Below, piece by piece: positions 53,050 through 64,000 of a DNA stretch of 64,000 nt. The DNA is taken from the NCBI RefSeq assembly GCF_006345805.1, contig NC_043005.1:62806001-62870000 (forward strand). The letters are read 5' to 3'. The stretch is from Octopus sinensis. Taxonomy: Eukaryota. Within the stretch, counting starts at the first letter, position 1. The number at the start of each line of letters is the position of its first letter. Both the position numbers and the translations under genes were made by a program. Below the pieces are notes generated by a model. The model did not search any database. It saw only the letters and a list, made by a program, of their open reading frames with translations, and had not been told where the DNA came from.

Positions 53050-54010
53050 CTTTGTCATTCACAAACATTAACAGCACATTTTTTTTTGTTCCTGTTCCCT
53101 CCACTCAGACAGTTGGCTCTCTCTTCCAAGTCTATTGTTACTCTATAGTCATATTTGCCATTATTTTTTACCTTTGTCCACCACAACAATGTTTTATCCA
53201 TCTCTCAGCCTCCCTCTACATTCACTTTTGTAACCTTTAATCACACATCTCATCTTCTTTTCAATCAATACTTCCAGCAATCTCTTATCTACTGCATTAT
53301 TCTGCTACTGCTAGAAAAGAAATTAGAATGTTACCACAAACCATTTCAAATCACCATTTCTTTCCTGCCAGTCATAACTCCCTCTCCTCTGAGTTACATC
53401 TGTACATTATTCTTATCTTTACACTTACATTTACGATCGATTACCCCATCCCAGCTCGCTATTCCCAAAATTCACAAATACCTTATGTTCATATCTGCCT
53501 ATCTGCTCTCTCACTGTCCTCTTACACTCTTACAAGCCTTACCTACCCCTGCGGATTTTCATGTCTCCATTCTTTTTTCTGTTTACCTTCTTGGACATGT
53601 CAACATAAGAAAATGTTTTGACAGCTAAACACTACCATATTTCCTTCACTTTGTGGCACCACTCCAGCAACCTCACCAACTTACATAAAGTGCCAAGTAA
53701 TCATGAATGTCTTCTATAATAAACCTGCCCCTACTCCTCTCATCATACTTTAGCCTCTCAACCCCTACCATAAAGCTTATCTCCTTTTTCTCCATTGCAT
53801 CCAAAGGGGTTCTCTAGCCTTGTGATTTACAACATAAGCTCACTAGTACTGATGCAATGAAAAATGCAATTAGTACACGCTGTAAAGTGATAGGTGTTAG
53901 GAATGTCATCCAGTAGTAAAAACCATGCCAAAACAGAAACTAGAGCAACGCATGGTCCTCCAATGTGTTGGATCAGGGCTAATCATCCAACCCCTGCTAT
54001 CATAGAAAGC
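53050..54010 (+). mobile_element. Decayed CT-rich RTE-type 3' UTR and tail
   Basis: Pyrimidine-rich block ending in gtgataggtgttaggaatgtcatccag...aaaaaccatgcc...catagaaagcagacat (RTE tail-like). Confidence 0.5.
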
Positions 54011-55989
54011 AGACATTTGCATATGTACATATATATACAAGACAGATTTCTTTCAGTTTCTATCTACCAAATCCACATAGGAGGACTGAAGACAAAACCA
54101 TGTGGTTATGGTTGGGAAACGAACTTCTTAACCATACAGCTTCCCCTCTCATCAATACCAATGCTTATTGAAATAAAGGCCATCAACTAGGGACAAATAT
54201 ATTTTGGCAACAGTGTCATCACAGGTGTCACTGTCAGAGCATCAGGAGCCAGAAAAAATACTGCAAGGCATCTTACTTGATCCTTTAATAGTTCTGATAT
54301 CCACTACAATGGATTGGTGTCAACTACGAAAAAATGAAAGGCAAAGTTGACTTTGGTTTGATTTGAACTCAGAATGCAGAGAGTTGTAACAAATTCTATG
54401 AGCCATTCTATCCAGCTATAAGTTTTGCTAGTTAACAACATATATTCAACAAGCGCATTATATGTTCAAAGATACATTTACCATTATTTTCTATGAATAA
54501 CCATGGCAGACCTACAACATTGCAGTGAATATACTCTGAGCCTAAGAAATATTTTGTTGTTTAGCAGCAATATATATTCTATTAGTTCTTATTATGCATG
54601 ATAAACATACATCTGTTAGTGAGAATAGTCAGAAATGACAACTATAGTAAGAATCCCTTTCTTTCATTATGATCCCATTGCATGTATCAAAATAGTTGCA
54701 ATTGCATTGCAATCTGTCCATCACTGAAACTGTTCTTACATAAATGTACATAAAATTGAAGTGCATATGAAACATATGTACTTAATATTGCTCTCAATAA
54801 TCAATAACCCTTGTCATATTTTATTTCAAATATTACTGGAACGGATTTGCTGTCTATACATAAATGAATGTGTCCGGCCAAGTTATTTAAATGATGACAT
54901 GATGTTATTCTGCATCTCTTTGATGTGTTTTCATAAGTTTTCTATTTATTTAGTTTTCTAGAAATGCACAATAGATCCTACTCAGCAGATTTATTCTTTT
55001 TTAACTGAACCAAAATGCAATATATAACAATATATCACGTTTGTTATCTTTCCATTTTAGTTTCATCAATGTAGAAAGGGATATATTTTTGCTACCTAAT
55101 TACAAGTAAATGGATATTGAATAGCTTCAAATTGTTTTATACAATGTTTCTAGCATATCAGAGACACTAGGCATAACTTTGTTAATAAGGCTCTCTAAAT
55201 GCGTTAAAAAAAGGACCACATATTTTACTATATGCTGACATTTTATTCACAATGAACCAAATATCTTTTATGAGGCAAAATTAAAGACAAACTATTTTAT
55301 CATAATGAGTAAGAATGAAATATGCTTGTCATAAATCACAAGGATGATATTTCTTGGGAAAGAAGTAAGGATGATGGATTGAAAGACTGAAGCAATTAAT
55401 ATGAAATTTTGTTGGCGAATGCTTAGTGAAAATAAAATGGAAAGAAGTTTCTAATATAATGCAATTCACAAAATTTTTAAAATCTGTATAAAATGTTTTA
55501 CACAGATATAGAAGAGAGATGTAATATGAGCAAAAAACAGAGAGTTATCTGTATCTGGTTTTAGTAGAAACGTGCAATAAACAGCAAAATTGTATTAGCA
55601 TAATCCTTATGAATTCATTAAAAGAAGGCAGGACAGAGATGTTATAGCTGATAGGTCAAGTAACCACATACAAGCTCTTCACTGGCATGAATAGCAGACT
55701 TACTGAACTTGGTAGCTGATTGCAAGAACTATCATATTAAAAATAGTCGTCTTTTTTTGTGATTTATTGGTGGTTTTCAAAGCGATGTTAGTCTTTCTTG
55801 CAAAGATACTAAATATCAAGCATTCTAAAAGACAAATGTATAGAAGAATTCTTACTTGAGTAGAAATCATTTTGGCAAAAATTCAGAATACATGGTTGAT
55901 GAAACAACAAAGAAGCCTTTTGTGTTGTGGAAAACAAAAATTTATCTTCCTATGAGACTCATGGGAATCATGTCAGAATTGCATCCAGG

Positions 55990-56850
55990 ATTTTTGTTAC
56001 TAGAGTTCTGGATGAGTTCTTTGACTGGTTCAAGCCTAAAGATTGTGACCATGTTGGGGGCACATCCTTCAAGTATCTCATTTTATAGAACTACAATATA
56101 ATATTGTCCATTAATTTACATACCTCAGCTCTACCATCATAGATAATCTCTCCTTGGATACAGTGATTGACAAGGTATGGAAGGAATCTCCAGCTCTTGC
56201 CCATCTCAAATCTCAACTGTAGACAAAAACTCAAGCAGACAGTTGTGACAAAGAAAGCAGTTTATTGTGTCTATGTCGTAAGCACACTATTTAATGGCAA
56301 TGAAACATCGATTATGTGTGCCAAATAGAGAAGATTGAACACCTTCCTGCTGAGAAGTATCTATTCAATCATGAGTATATCCTAATACGATAGATTGCTC
56401 AATACAGTAGTCTTATTTTACGATGGACTTGTAAGTATGTTCACTCTGTTTAGGCAGTGAAGGCTGTACTGCTTGTGTTATACCCTCCACATGACAGATA
56501 GCAACATCTCAAAGAGTATCACCAACAGCTAACTGGCATCTAAGAAGAAACACATTAAGCATTCACAAGTCTACTAGAAGAGTATCTGCATGAGAGACAT
56601 AGAAAGTGCTCAATAGCCCAATACCAATACAGAACCCTGCAAATGCTGAAGTGTGATGGAGAAGTATTCTGAACAGGTGCCTTAAAGCTAGAGAAGAGAA
56701 GCTGATGGAAATTCCAGCAAAGTTGGCATGCAAAGTAGAATGTATCTCAGCCAGCAGGCCAGTGGTCCCACATGTAACCTCTGAAAAACTATCACTTCCA
56801 TATTCATTTTCTCAATGACATGTAGTGCTAATCCAATCAAACAAAAACAT
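55990..56850 (+). mobile_element. Old RTE-BovB-type LINE remnant
   Basis: Frameshifted peptides FTYLSSTIIDNLSLDT, KKAVYCVYVVSTLFNGNET, RRLNTFLLRS match the BovB C-terminal region. Confidence 0.7.
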
Positions 56851-57697
56851 AGAATAAGAATTCAACTTATGGTCAGTCATGACAGAAGGGTGGATACACA
56901 TGCTCATTTGTTTTTACCTTGCTACCATACAGCAGACAGGGATGTATCTAAGGCAATATTTTACAGTCAGCTGCTTTTCCTGTTGCTAACCTTTGCATGT
57001 TTTTCAAGTAAGAGATTTTTTATTCTACAGCTTTTTGAAACCACGCACACACATATGCGTGCACATGTGTGCATGCATGTGTGTGACTGTATTCCGTATA
57101 GTTACCTTTTTCCAATTTAACTCACAAGGACATGGAAGAAGGCATCTGTCCAAAGTTCCATGCAGTAGGATTGAACCCAAAATCACATGATTTGGGGTTT
57201 GTAATTTAATCAATAATAGTTTTGTGTTTTGGGTGTGATTTTTTTCTTCTTTTTGTTAGAGGATTTAAATTGCAAAATATGGTGGTTTGTTTTTAATGAG
57301 CTTCTTATTTTACCGGTAGTGTATAAAATATTTGTGATGATATTTTTTCTTTATTATTGTCACGAAATTCATAACTACACAGTCTATTGGAAATGTAACT
57401 GAATGAAAGAATGTCTCCATTATTTTCTTGGTTTCAATATCATTCAGTATAAAACACATTTTTTGCCAGAGGTAATCTTTGTACAATCTTTGGCAGATGT
57501 CTGAACCAAATTTAGGTTGTTGATGAAGTTTTGCATATTTAGTTATAGATTGCTTGATGCTAACAAGGCAGTTCTCAGATCAACAGCTGAAAGTTAAGTA
57601 GAGATTAAGAAACAAAATTCCAGAGTTGAGATATGGAAAAGCAGTAGTGCCAAAATAGACAGAAAACAAACTAATAGTTTCATGTTGTGGAGACACA

Positions 57698-58094
57698 ATA
57701 ATTTGGCAGGTTTATATAACATGCCACATGTATCCAAGCAATGCTTCACGCTCAGTGCATGCCATTAGTCTTGTTTCATAAAACCAGGACACTGGTCTAT
57801 GATAAAACATGAGAAAAACAAGAAGAAAAATGAGAAAAAAGCTGATGCAAAAAGTGGAATGAGGAGAAAGAAAAGAAAAGTAAGAAAACAAAAATCTGCA
57901 TCCCCTTTGTCTGAAAAAAAATCATAATCAATCCAGCTGGTGTTATAGTCCAACCTTTCTGCTGCAACTTTCATGAGCCTCTCTTTCCATGTGTTTACAT
58001 AGCATCCTGGTTTTCAAATAGGACAACTGGTATGCACTGAGCTTGAAGTACTGCTTGGAGACACATGGCATGTCATGTAAATCTGTCAAATTAT
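57698..58094. repeat. Element with ~95-bp imperfect terminal inverted repeats (MITE-like)
   Basis: ataatttggcagg...ctcagtgcat...aaaaccagga on the left matches the reverse complement of tcctggtttt...atgcactgag...ctgtcaaattat on the right. Confidence 0.65.
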
Positions 58095-58409
58095 TCTCTC
58101 TGTGGTATGAAACTATTAGTGGCCCTTTTTAAAATTCTGTGTATATTAAATAATACTTATCTCTGGCTGGATGAAGCACTGGAGTACTTTTTGCTGATTC
58201 TATCTATAACAGAGCACACTAACACACATACACACATGGACACACTGTTTTAAGGCATGGGCACCCTGAGCAGTTTCCCAAGAGCTCTCATGAGTTTAGG
58301 GGTGCATTTCTGACTTATGTGTTCTGTAGCATGTTATCAATAAATATATACTATAGGGTCCAGTGCACTGATTTGCTCAGGTGCCTATAATGCTGTTAAG
58401 ACAGCTGTG

Positions 58410-58466
<57 letters not shown>

Positions 58467-58819
58467 GAAGAGAAGATTAGCAAGTAGAAGTCATTACAAA
58501 CTGCAAAAGTTTCAGGAAATCTAGTGTGAAAGAAACAAGAGGGGCAGAAGTGAGAGAGTGAAAGTTTTTTTTTTTATTTTTCAAGATGTTTTTGATGCAA
58601 GTACAGGATTGCAATAATCTTGGTTAGAATGAATATTAAAAGAAACAATAGATGAACTGGAATGTTTCTGAGGAGTCAGGATTAGATCAATATATTGAGG
58701 TTGCCATGAATATAGAGTTTCAAGAAGATCATAGATTCTCTTTCAGAATTAGAGAATATATGAACAAAATAATGATAATAATAATAATAATAGTAACAAC
58801 AACAACAACAACAACAACG

Positions 58820-59165
58820 TAATAGTTTCAATATCAACAGATCACAACATTTCTCTAAAACAGAGAAACTTTCAAAATACAAAGATCTGGAAATAGAGGT
58901 AACTCGAATGTGGAGCTTAAAAGCAGAAACAGTTCCTATCATAGTAGGCATATTAGGTCTAATAAAAAACATAACTAAAACACAAGGGCTTACAAGTGTG
59001 TATAACATACAGAAAATAGCACTAAGTACTACACACATCCTATGTAAAGCACTTTCAATACAGTGAAAATAAGAACATCACAACAAACCACAGCACATAA
59101 CAATGGCACATGGAGCTGTGCTTGGTAGTGCAGTGAAAGTTCGTAATAAAAATAAGACTACTTAA
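58820..59165 (+). mobile_element. R4/Dong-type LINE 3' end (copy A)
   Basis: EKLSKYKDLEIEVTRMWSLKAETVPIIVGILGLIK...IQKIAL; followed by (AAT)n. Confidence 0.85.
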
Positions 59166-59199
59166 GAATAATAATAATAGCAATAATAATAATAATAAT

Positions 59200-60660
59200 A
59201 GATTGTTGAGTGAATGAGAGAAAGTGAAGTAGAACTGACAAATGAATTGCTAGGTAGCATGAAAATATGCATGGGCATTTTCCAAGGAGACTTACTTTGC
59301 CCATTAATTTTCGTCATTGCACTAATCGCTCTGACAAATGTACTGAGAAAATCCAGGCCTGCCCATGAGTTTACCAAAACCAAGATAAGAATAAATCACT
59401 TACTTTACAAGGATGACTTCAAGATATATATTTAAAAAATGGTGACAGATCTGGATTATCTAATTCAAACAGTGTGAATATTCAGTAAAAACATTGGATT
59501 GCAATTTGGGGTAAAATGCACAAAAAATGCGCAATACTACAATGAAGAGCGACCAGAAGGTAAAATCTGATGACATAAAATTACCACAAGACAGCATCAT
59601 TCGATTGTTATGTGATAATGAGGGATCTAAATACCTTGGGGTACAATAAGATAATGGAAAGAGAAATAAGAGAGAAAGTTACTAAAGAAGTCAAAAGGGG
59701 AATTAAGAAGCTACTTCAAACAAAAATAAGAGGAGGGAAAATCATTAAATCCATAAATATATGGGAAATTCCAGCATTGAGATACTTTGCTCCCTTTCTG
59801 AAATGGAGAAAAATCAAGCTGCAGAACTTAGAAGAACCAGAAAGCTGTTGACGATGCATAACACATTTCATCCTAAAAGTAATACCAACTGATTCTATCT
59901 GCCAAGATGGGAAGGTGATACAGGATTACTAAACACTGATGACACTGCTAGTACTGCAATACTGGGTCTGAAAAATTATGCTGTGCAGAGTAAAGAAAGA
60001 ATACTTTCAGCAGCCAGAGATACCCAAAATGTCATTGAAACAGTAGAATTCAAACAGAAAAGAAAGAACAGAATGAACAAATGGAAAGAAATGGAACTGC
60101 AAGGCCAATTCATGCAACAAACCAAAAATGTTGGAAGTGAAGCCTAATGGCTTTGGTTGACAGACAGGAATTTGAATTGAAAAACAAACATTAATTATAG
60201 CTGTTCAGGAACAAGCCCTTAGAACAAATCTGTTCAAGGCAAAGATTGACAAAACTCAGTCAGACATTAAATAAAGAATCTGCGAGAAAGGAGATGAGAC
60301 TATCAATCACATTTTGAGTGAATGCAGCATACTAGCACAAAAGGTGTACTGATGCAGACATAACTAAGTAAACAAAGGAGTGCATTGAGATGTTAGTCAA
60401 GTATGTGGCTTCAAAACAACAGAAAAGTGATATGAACGCAAACTTGAGGCTGTGATAGAAAATGAGAATTACAAGATCTTGTGGGACTTCACCATAAAAA
60501 CTGATCGTAGGTGCAGGAGTGGCTGTGTAGTAAGTAGTTTGCTTACCAAGCACATGGTTCCAAGTTCAGTCCCACTGCATGGCACCTTGGGCAAGTGTCT
60601 TTTACTATAGCCTCAGGCCGACCAAAGCCTTGTGAGTGGATTTGGTAGAAAGAAGCATGT

Positions 60661-60715
<55 letters not shown>

Positions 60716-61292
60716 GTGTCTGTGTTTGTCCCCACACCATCGCTTGACAACCGATGTTGGTGTATTTACATCCCCAAAACTTAGCAGTTCAACAAAACAG
60801 ACCAATAGAATGAGTACTAATCTTACAAAGAATAAGTCCTGGGGTCAATTTGTTTGATGAAAGGCGATGCTCCAACATGGCCATAGTCAAATGACTGAAA
60901 TAAATAAAAGAAAAGAATACTAGAGGCAAGAAGACCAGGCATGATTATAGAGGACAATATAAACAAATGTGCAAGACCAAAAATTTTACAATACCCTATT
61001 ATAGCAGGGTCAATATCAAAGAAATACCAAAACAAGCCAGAGAGCTGAAGAGATTGGAAGACCAAGACAACAATTAACAATAATTATTCTTGTAGTAATA
61101 AGTGTCCTTGGTTTAGTACCCACAATGCTACCTAAGAGACTTAATAAAACTGGAATTGATACATATTGTCAACCTGTACAAAAGTACCATCCTATATTCT
61201 GTAAGAATCCTAAGAAAAATTCTTGACATTTGAGAAGAGTTGTTAACACCAGGCCTCAAGATAAAATACTTGCTAAGTAAATTAGCATGCAC
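59200..61292 (+). mobile_element. R4/Dong-type LINE (copy B), RT motif 4 to 3' end, interrupted by a SINE
   Basis: GIFQGDLLCPLIFVIAL...INHLLYKDDFKIY; CCHC region; WDFTIKTDR | LEARRP split by the SINE at 60511-60917; ends in (TAG)n. Confidence 0.85.
60511..60917 (+). mobile_element. tRNA-derived CORE-like SINE nested in R4 copy B
   Basis: Same structure as 43834-44249. Confidence 0.9.
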
Positions 61293-61311
61293 TAGTAGTA
61301 GTAGTAGTAAT

Positions 61312-62503
61312 CAACTACTGAAATATGTAATCTTGACAGAAAAATATCAAAATTGTCGACAATACATAGAATGCACCACCCTAAGGCAGATATAGAACGA
61401 CTTTACTGCCAAGAAAAGAGGGTGGCTGTGGACTTTTTACAACTGGAATTAATGAAGATTGCCACAATTGGCCTAAACACCTACCTGAAAATCTCTGATG
61501 ATTGAATGTTAAAACGTGTCTTAAAGCATGAAAACAAGAAAATATCATACTCAGTAACAAAACAGGCAAAAGAATATCTAAGTGAATTCCAAATAGAACA
61601 AATCCCAGAATTAGATGTACTGGAAACAAGCACAGAAAAAGCTAAGCATATGAAAAACCATGCTAAAGCTGCTGCCTTAGATATTCTTACTGATAAATGG
61701 CAAGAAAAACCTCTCAATGGCAAATACCAAAAGAGAGTTAATAATACCAATTTTGACAAAGCCCTGACACATCAACAGTTAGTGCCTTAAAATCAGAAAC
61801 AGAAGGGTTTATCATAGCAGCCCAAGATCAATTCCTACCTACAAAGAACTACCAGGCCAATATGTTAAAGAACGGCAGTAGCCCAACATGTCATGTATGT
61901 AAACAACAACATGAAACCATTGATCATGTTGTCTCCATGTGCAGACTCTTTGCAACTACCGAGTATCTCAAGAGACATGATAGAGCAGTACAGTATATTC
62001 ACTGGGTAATTTGTAAAAACCTGGACCTGCCCTATGATAAAAACTGGTGGGAACACAAAACCCTTCCAGTGCTTGAAAACGATCACATCTCACTCCTCTG
62101 AAACTTCACCATTCAAATTGACAGAATGATAAATGCAAATAGGCTAGACATTATATTGAAAGACATCTGACAAAAATCATGCCACCTCATTGATATGACT
62201 GTCCCAATCAACATAAATGTATCTGTCAAGACTTACCAAAAACTGAGCAAGTATAAAAATCTTGAAATAGAAATTGGCAAAATGTGGAACCTCAAGACTA
62301 AAACAATACCTGTTGTCATAGGAATGATAGCAAAAGGGGCCCATTGCAACCTAGCTCGGATACCAGAACAATACTATATACAAAACCAAATATATGACAC
62401 CCCTAGGTATAACACCAACTTGAACTTCTAACTAGTTGTCTCTTGAGGTCTCTGGGTGAGACTTGGATCAACTTGTACAAATACAAAGCAAATGTCAAAC
62501 ATA
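61312..62503 (+). mobile_element. R4/Dong-type LINE (copy C): post-RT region, CCHC knuckle and REL nuclease
   Basis: MHHPKADIERLY, ETEGFIIAAQDQ, CHVCKQQHETIDHVVSMC, RHD, KLSKYKNLEIEIGKMWNLK. Confidence 0.9.
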
Positions 62504-62504
62504 T

Positions 62505-62531
62505 AATAGTAGTAGTAGTAGTAGTAGTAGT

Positions 62532-62564
<33 letters not shown>

Positions 62565-62629
62565 AAGAAGAAGAAGAAGAAGAAGAAGAAGAAGAAGAAG
62601 AAGAAGAAGAAGAAGAAGAAGAAGAAGAA
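62505..62629. repeat. Compound (TAG)n-(AAG)n microsatellite
   Basis: Direct observation. Confidence 0.95.
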
Positions 62630-63470
62630 ACGACCAAGAAAAAAGCATGGAAAGAAAATAAAATGTAGTCAGGTCAGTTTGCAAGAGATGTGAATGCCAA
62701 GACAGATACAGAGGACCAGTGGTTATAGATGACAGGGAGTGACTTGAAGATAGCACTCATATGCACACCTCAGGAACATGCATTAAGGACCAGCTATATG
62801 AAGTGCAGAATAGACAACACTGCCTATAGCGACAAATGCAGAATGTATGGTGGGAGGAGTGAAACGGTATGACACATCATTAGCGAAAGCCCAAAATTAG
62901 CACAGCGCAAATACAAAAGACACCATGACAATGTAGCAAGAATGATCCACTGGGAGTTTTGTGGACATTATCGCCTACAAAGAGCAGACATGGTACAAGG
63001 CAAACTCCAGAAGGAGTCACCAAAAATGAGAATTGCAAAATCCTGTGGGATGCAATGATCCAGTGCACTCACTTAACCAGACATCAGAAACTGGACATTG
63101 TGGTTGTAAATAAAAACAAACGGACATGTATGATAATCAACATAGCATGACCTGGTGACAACAGGATGAATGTGAAAGAAGAAAAATTAATAAACAACTG
63201 TGATGATATGAAGTGGGAAATACGAAGGTTGTTGTCAATGAAGAGAGTAGACGTGATACCAATAGTAATTGGTACACTTGGAAGTACCAGCACTCAACCA
63301 CCAATATGGTTGAAGAAGATTGGTGCAAGTGTGAAGGTAGAACACCTACAAAAATCAGCATTATTTGGAACTGCAAGAATTGTTCGCAGCGTTCTTGAAG
63401 CATGACCAGTAAACAAGTGCCACCTTAGTCTGCTGGATGTGGACAGCTGACACTTTCCATCAAAAGTTTT

Positions 63471-63472
<2 letters not shown>
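62630..63472 (+). mobile_element. R4/Dong-type LINE (copy D): CCHC knuckle and REL nuclease
   Basis: NENCKILWDAMIQC...KLDIVVVNK, MKWEIRRLLSMKRVDVIPIVIGTLG...LQKSALFGTARIVR. Confidence 0.85.
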
Positions 63473-63473
<1 letters not shown>

Positions 63474-63526
<53 letters not shown>

Positions 63527-63574
63527 TTTAATAATAATAATAATAATTTTAATAATAATAATAATAATAATAAT
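63474..63574. repeat. (AAT)n microsatellite
   Basis: Direct observation. Confidence 0.95.
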
Positions 63575-63835
63575 ATGCCCCATGAATAGTCAAGAAGGAA
63601 GGTGAAAAGATAGATAATACAACCCTCTTAAATACAAAATAGACTGGCTATGGAAAATGAAGAAGGTGAAGATAGTGCCAATTATTGTTGGGTCCTTGGG
63701 AACAGTATCAGAAGGCATCAATGAAAATATAAAGGAAATTGGAATAGTGTGCTCAGTAGAACTGTTACAAAGGGTTTGCCTCCTTGGTACAGCCAGAATA
63801 ATCAGGAAAGTATTAGATAGTTGAAAAGAACAGAT
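63575..63835 (+). mobile_element. R4/Dong-type LINE 3' end (copy E)
   Basis: WLWKMKKVKIVPIIVGSLGTVS...LLQRVCLLGTARIIRKVLD. Confidence 0.8.
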
Positions 63836-63869
63836 AGCATGGTACTAAAGGTACCTAATAGAGAACTGA

Positions 63870-64000
63870 TTAAACAAATTGAAAAGGAATGCTGCAAATA
63901 ACTTGACATACTAGTGTTCAACAAGAAGATAATGGAGAAGGAAATAAAAGAGCAACTGAGGATGGAATATTTCTGAAGACTAAGATTGGTGTTGCAGTCA
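63870..64000 (+). mobile_element. R4/Dong-type LINE (copy F), RT thumb region, running off the window
   Basis: KKIMEKEIKEQLRMEYF*RLRLVLQS resembles 'MKEK...EYLRRLRLIL.S'. Confidence 0.65.

Noticed and set aside
62403-62756. Poly-K/R/L/S ORFs
   Set aside because: Translations of the (TAG)n(AAG)n repeat.
1-64000. CRISPR arrays, tRNA or rRNA genes, prokaryotic operons
   Set aside because: None seen; tRNA-like boxes occur only as SINE heads and the sequence is eukaryotic.

Overview
AT-rich, microsatellite-dense eukaryotic DNA. The repeat families (RTE LINEs with (GAT)n tails, tRNA-derived CORE-like and Meta-like SINEs, R4/Dong-type LINEs in (AAT)n) suggest an octopus or other coleoid genome; this is an inference. 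No host gene is confidently identifiable, only a few candidate minus-strand exons, so the window is probably intronic or intergenic. Much of it is transposon debris: RTE, R4/Dong, Crack/L2-like and Penelope-like retroelements, Tigger and mariner remnants, a Helentron-type non-autonomous element and SINEs. The most striking structure is three inverted duplications carrying type I hammerhead-ribozyme motifs. (1) 26692-27153 is a near-perfect 230-bp fold-back with an intact canonical hammerhead on each strand. (2) 27273-27561 carries a hammerhead whose core has the compensatory G3-C8 swap. (3) 51620-52443 is an old pair with two complementarily damaged hammerheads. In all three the copies point outward, so any read-through RNA makes the antisense arm before the ribozyme. 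Also notable are a head-to-tail nest of about six R4/Dong copies at 58.8-64 kb and a TSD-flanked RTE with an in-frame RT deletion and an embedded PHD-type finger. All alignments and folds were done by eye, and most element boundaries are approximate.
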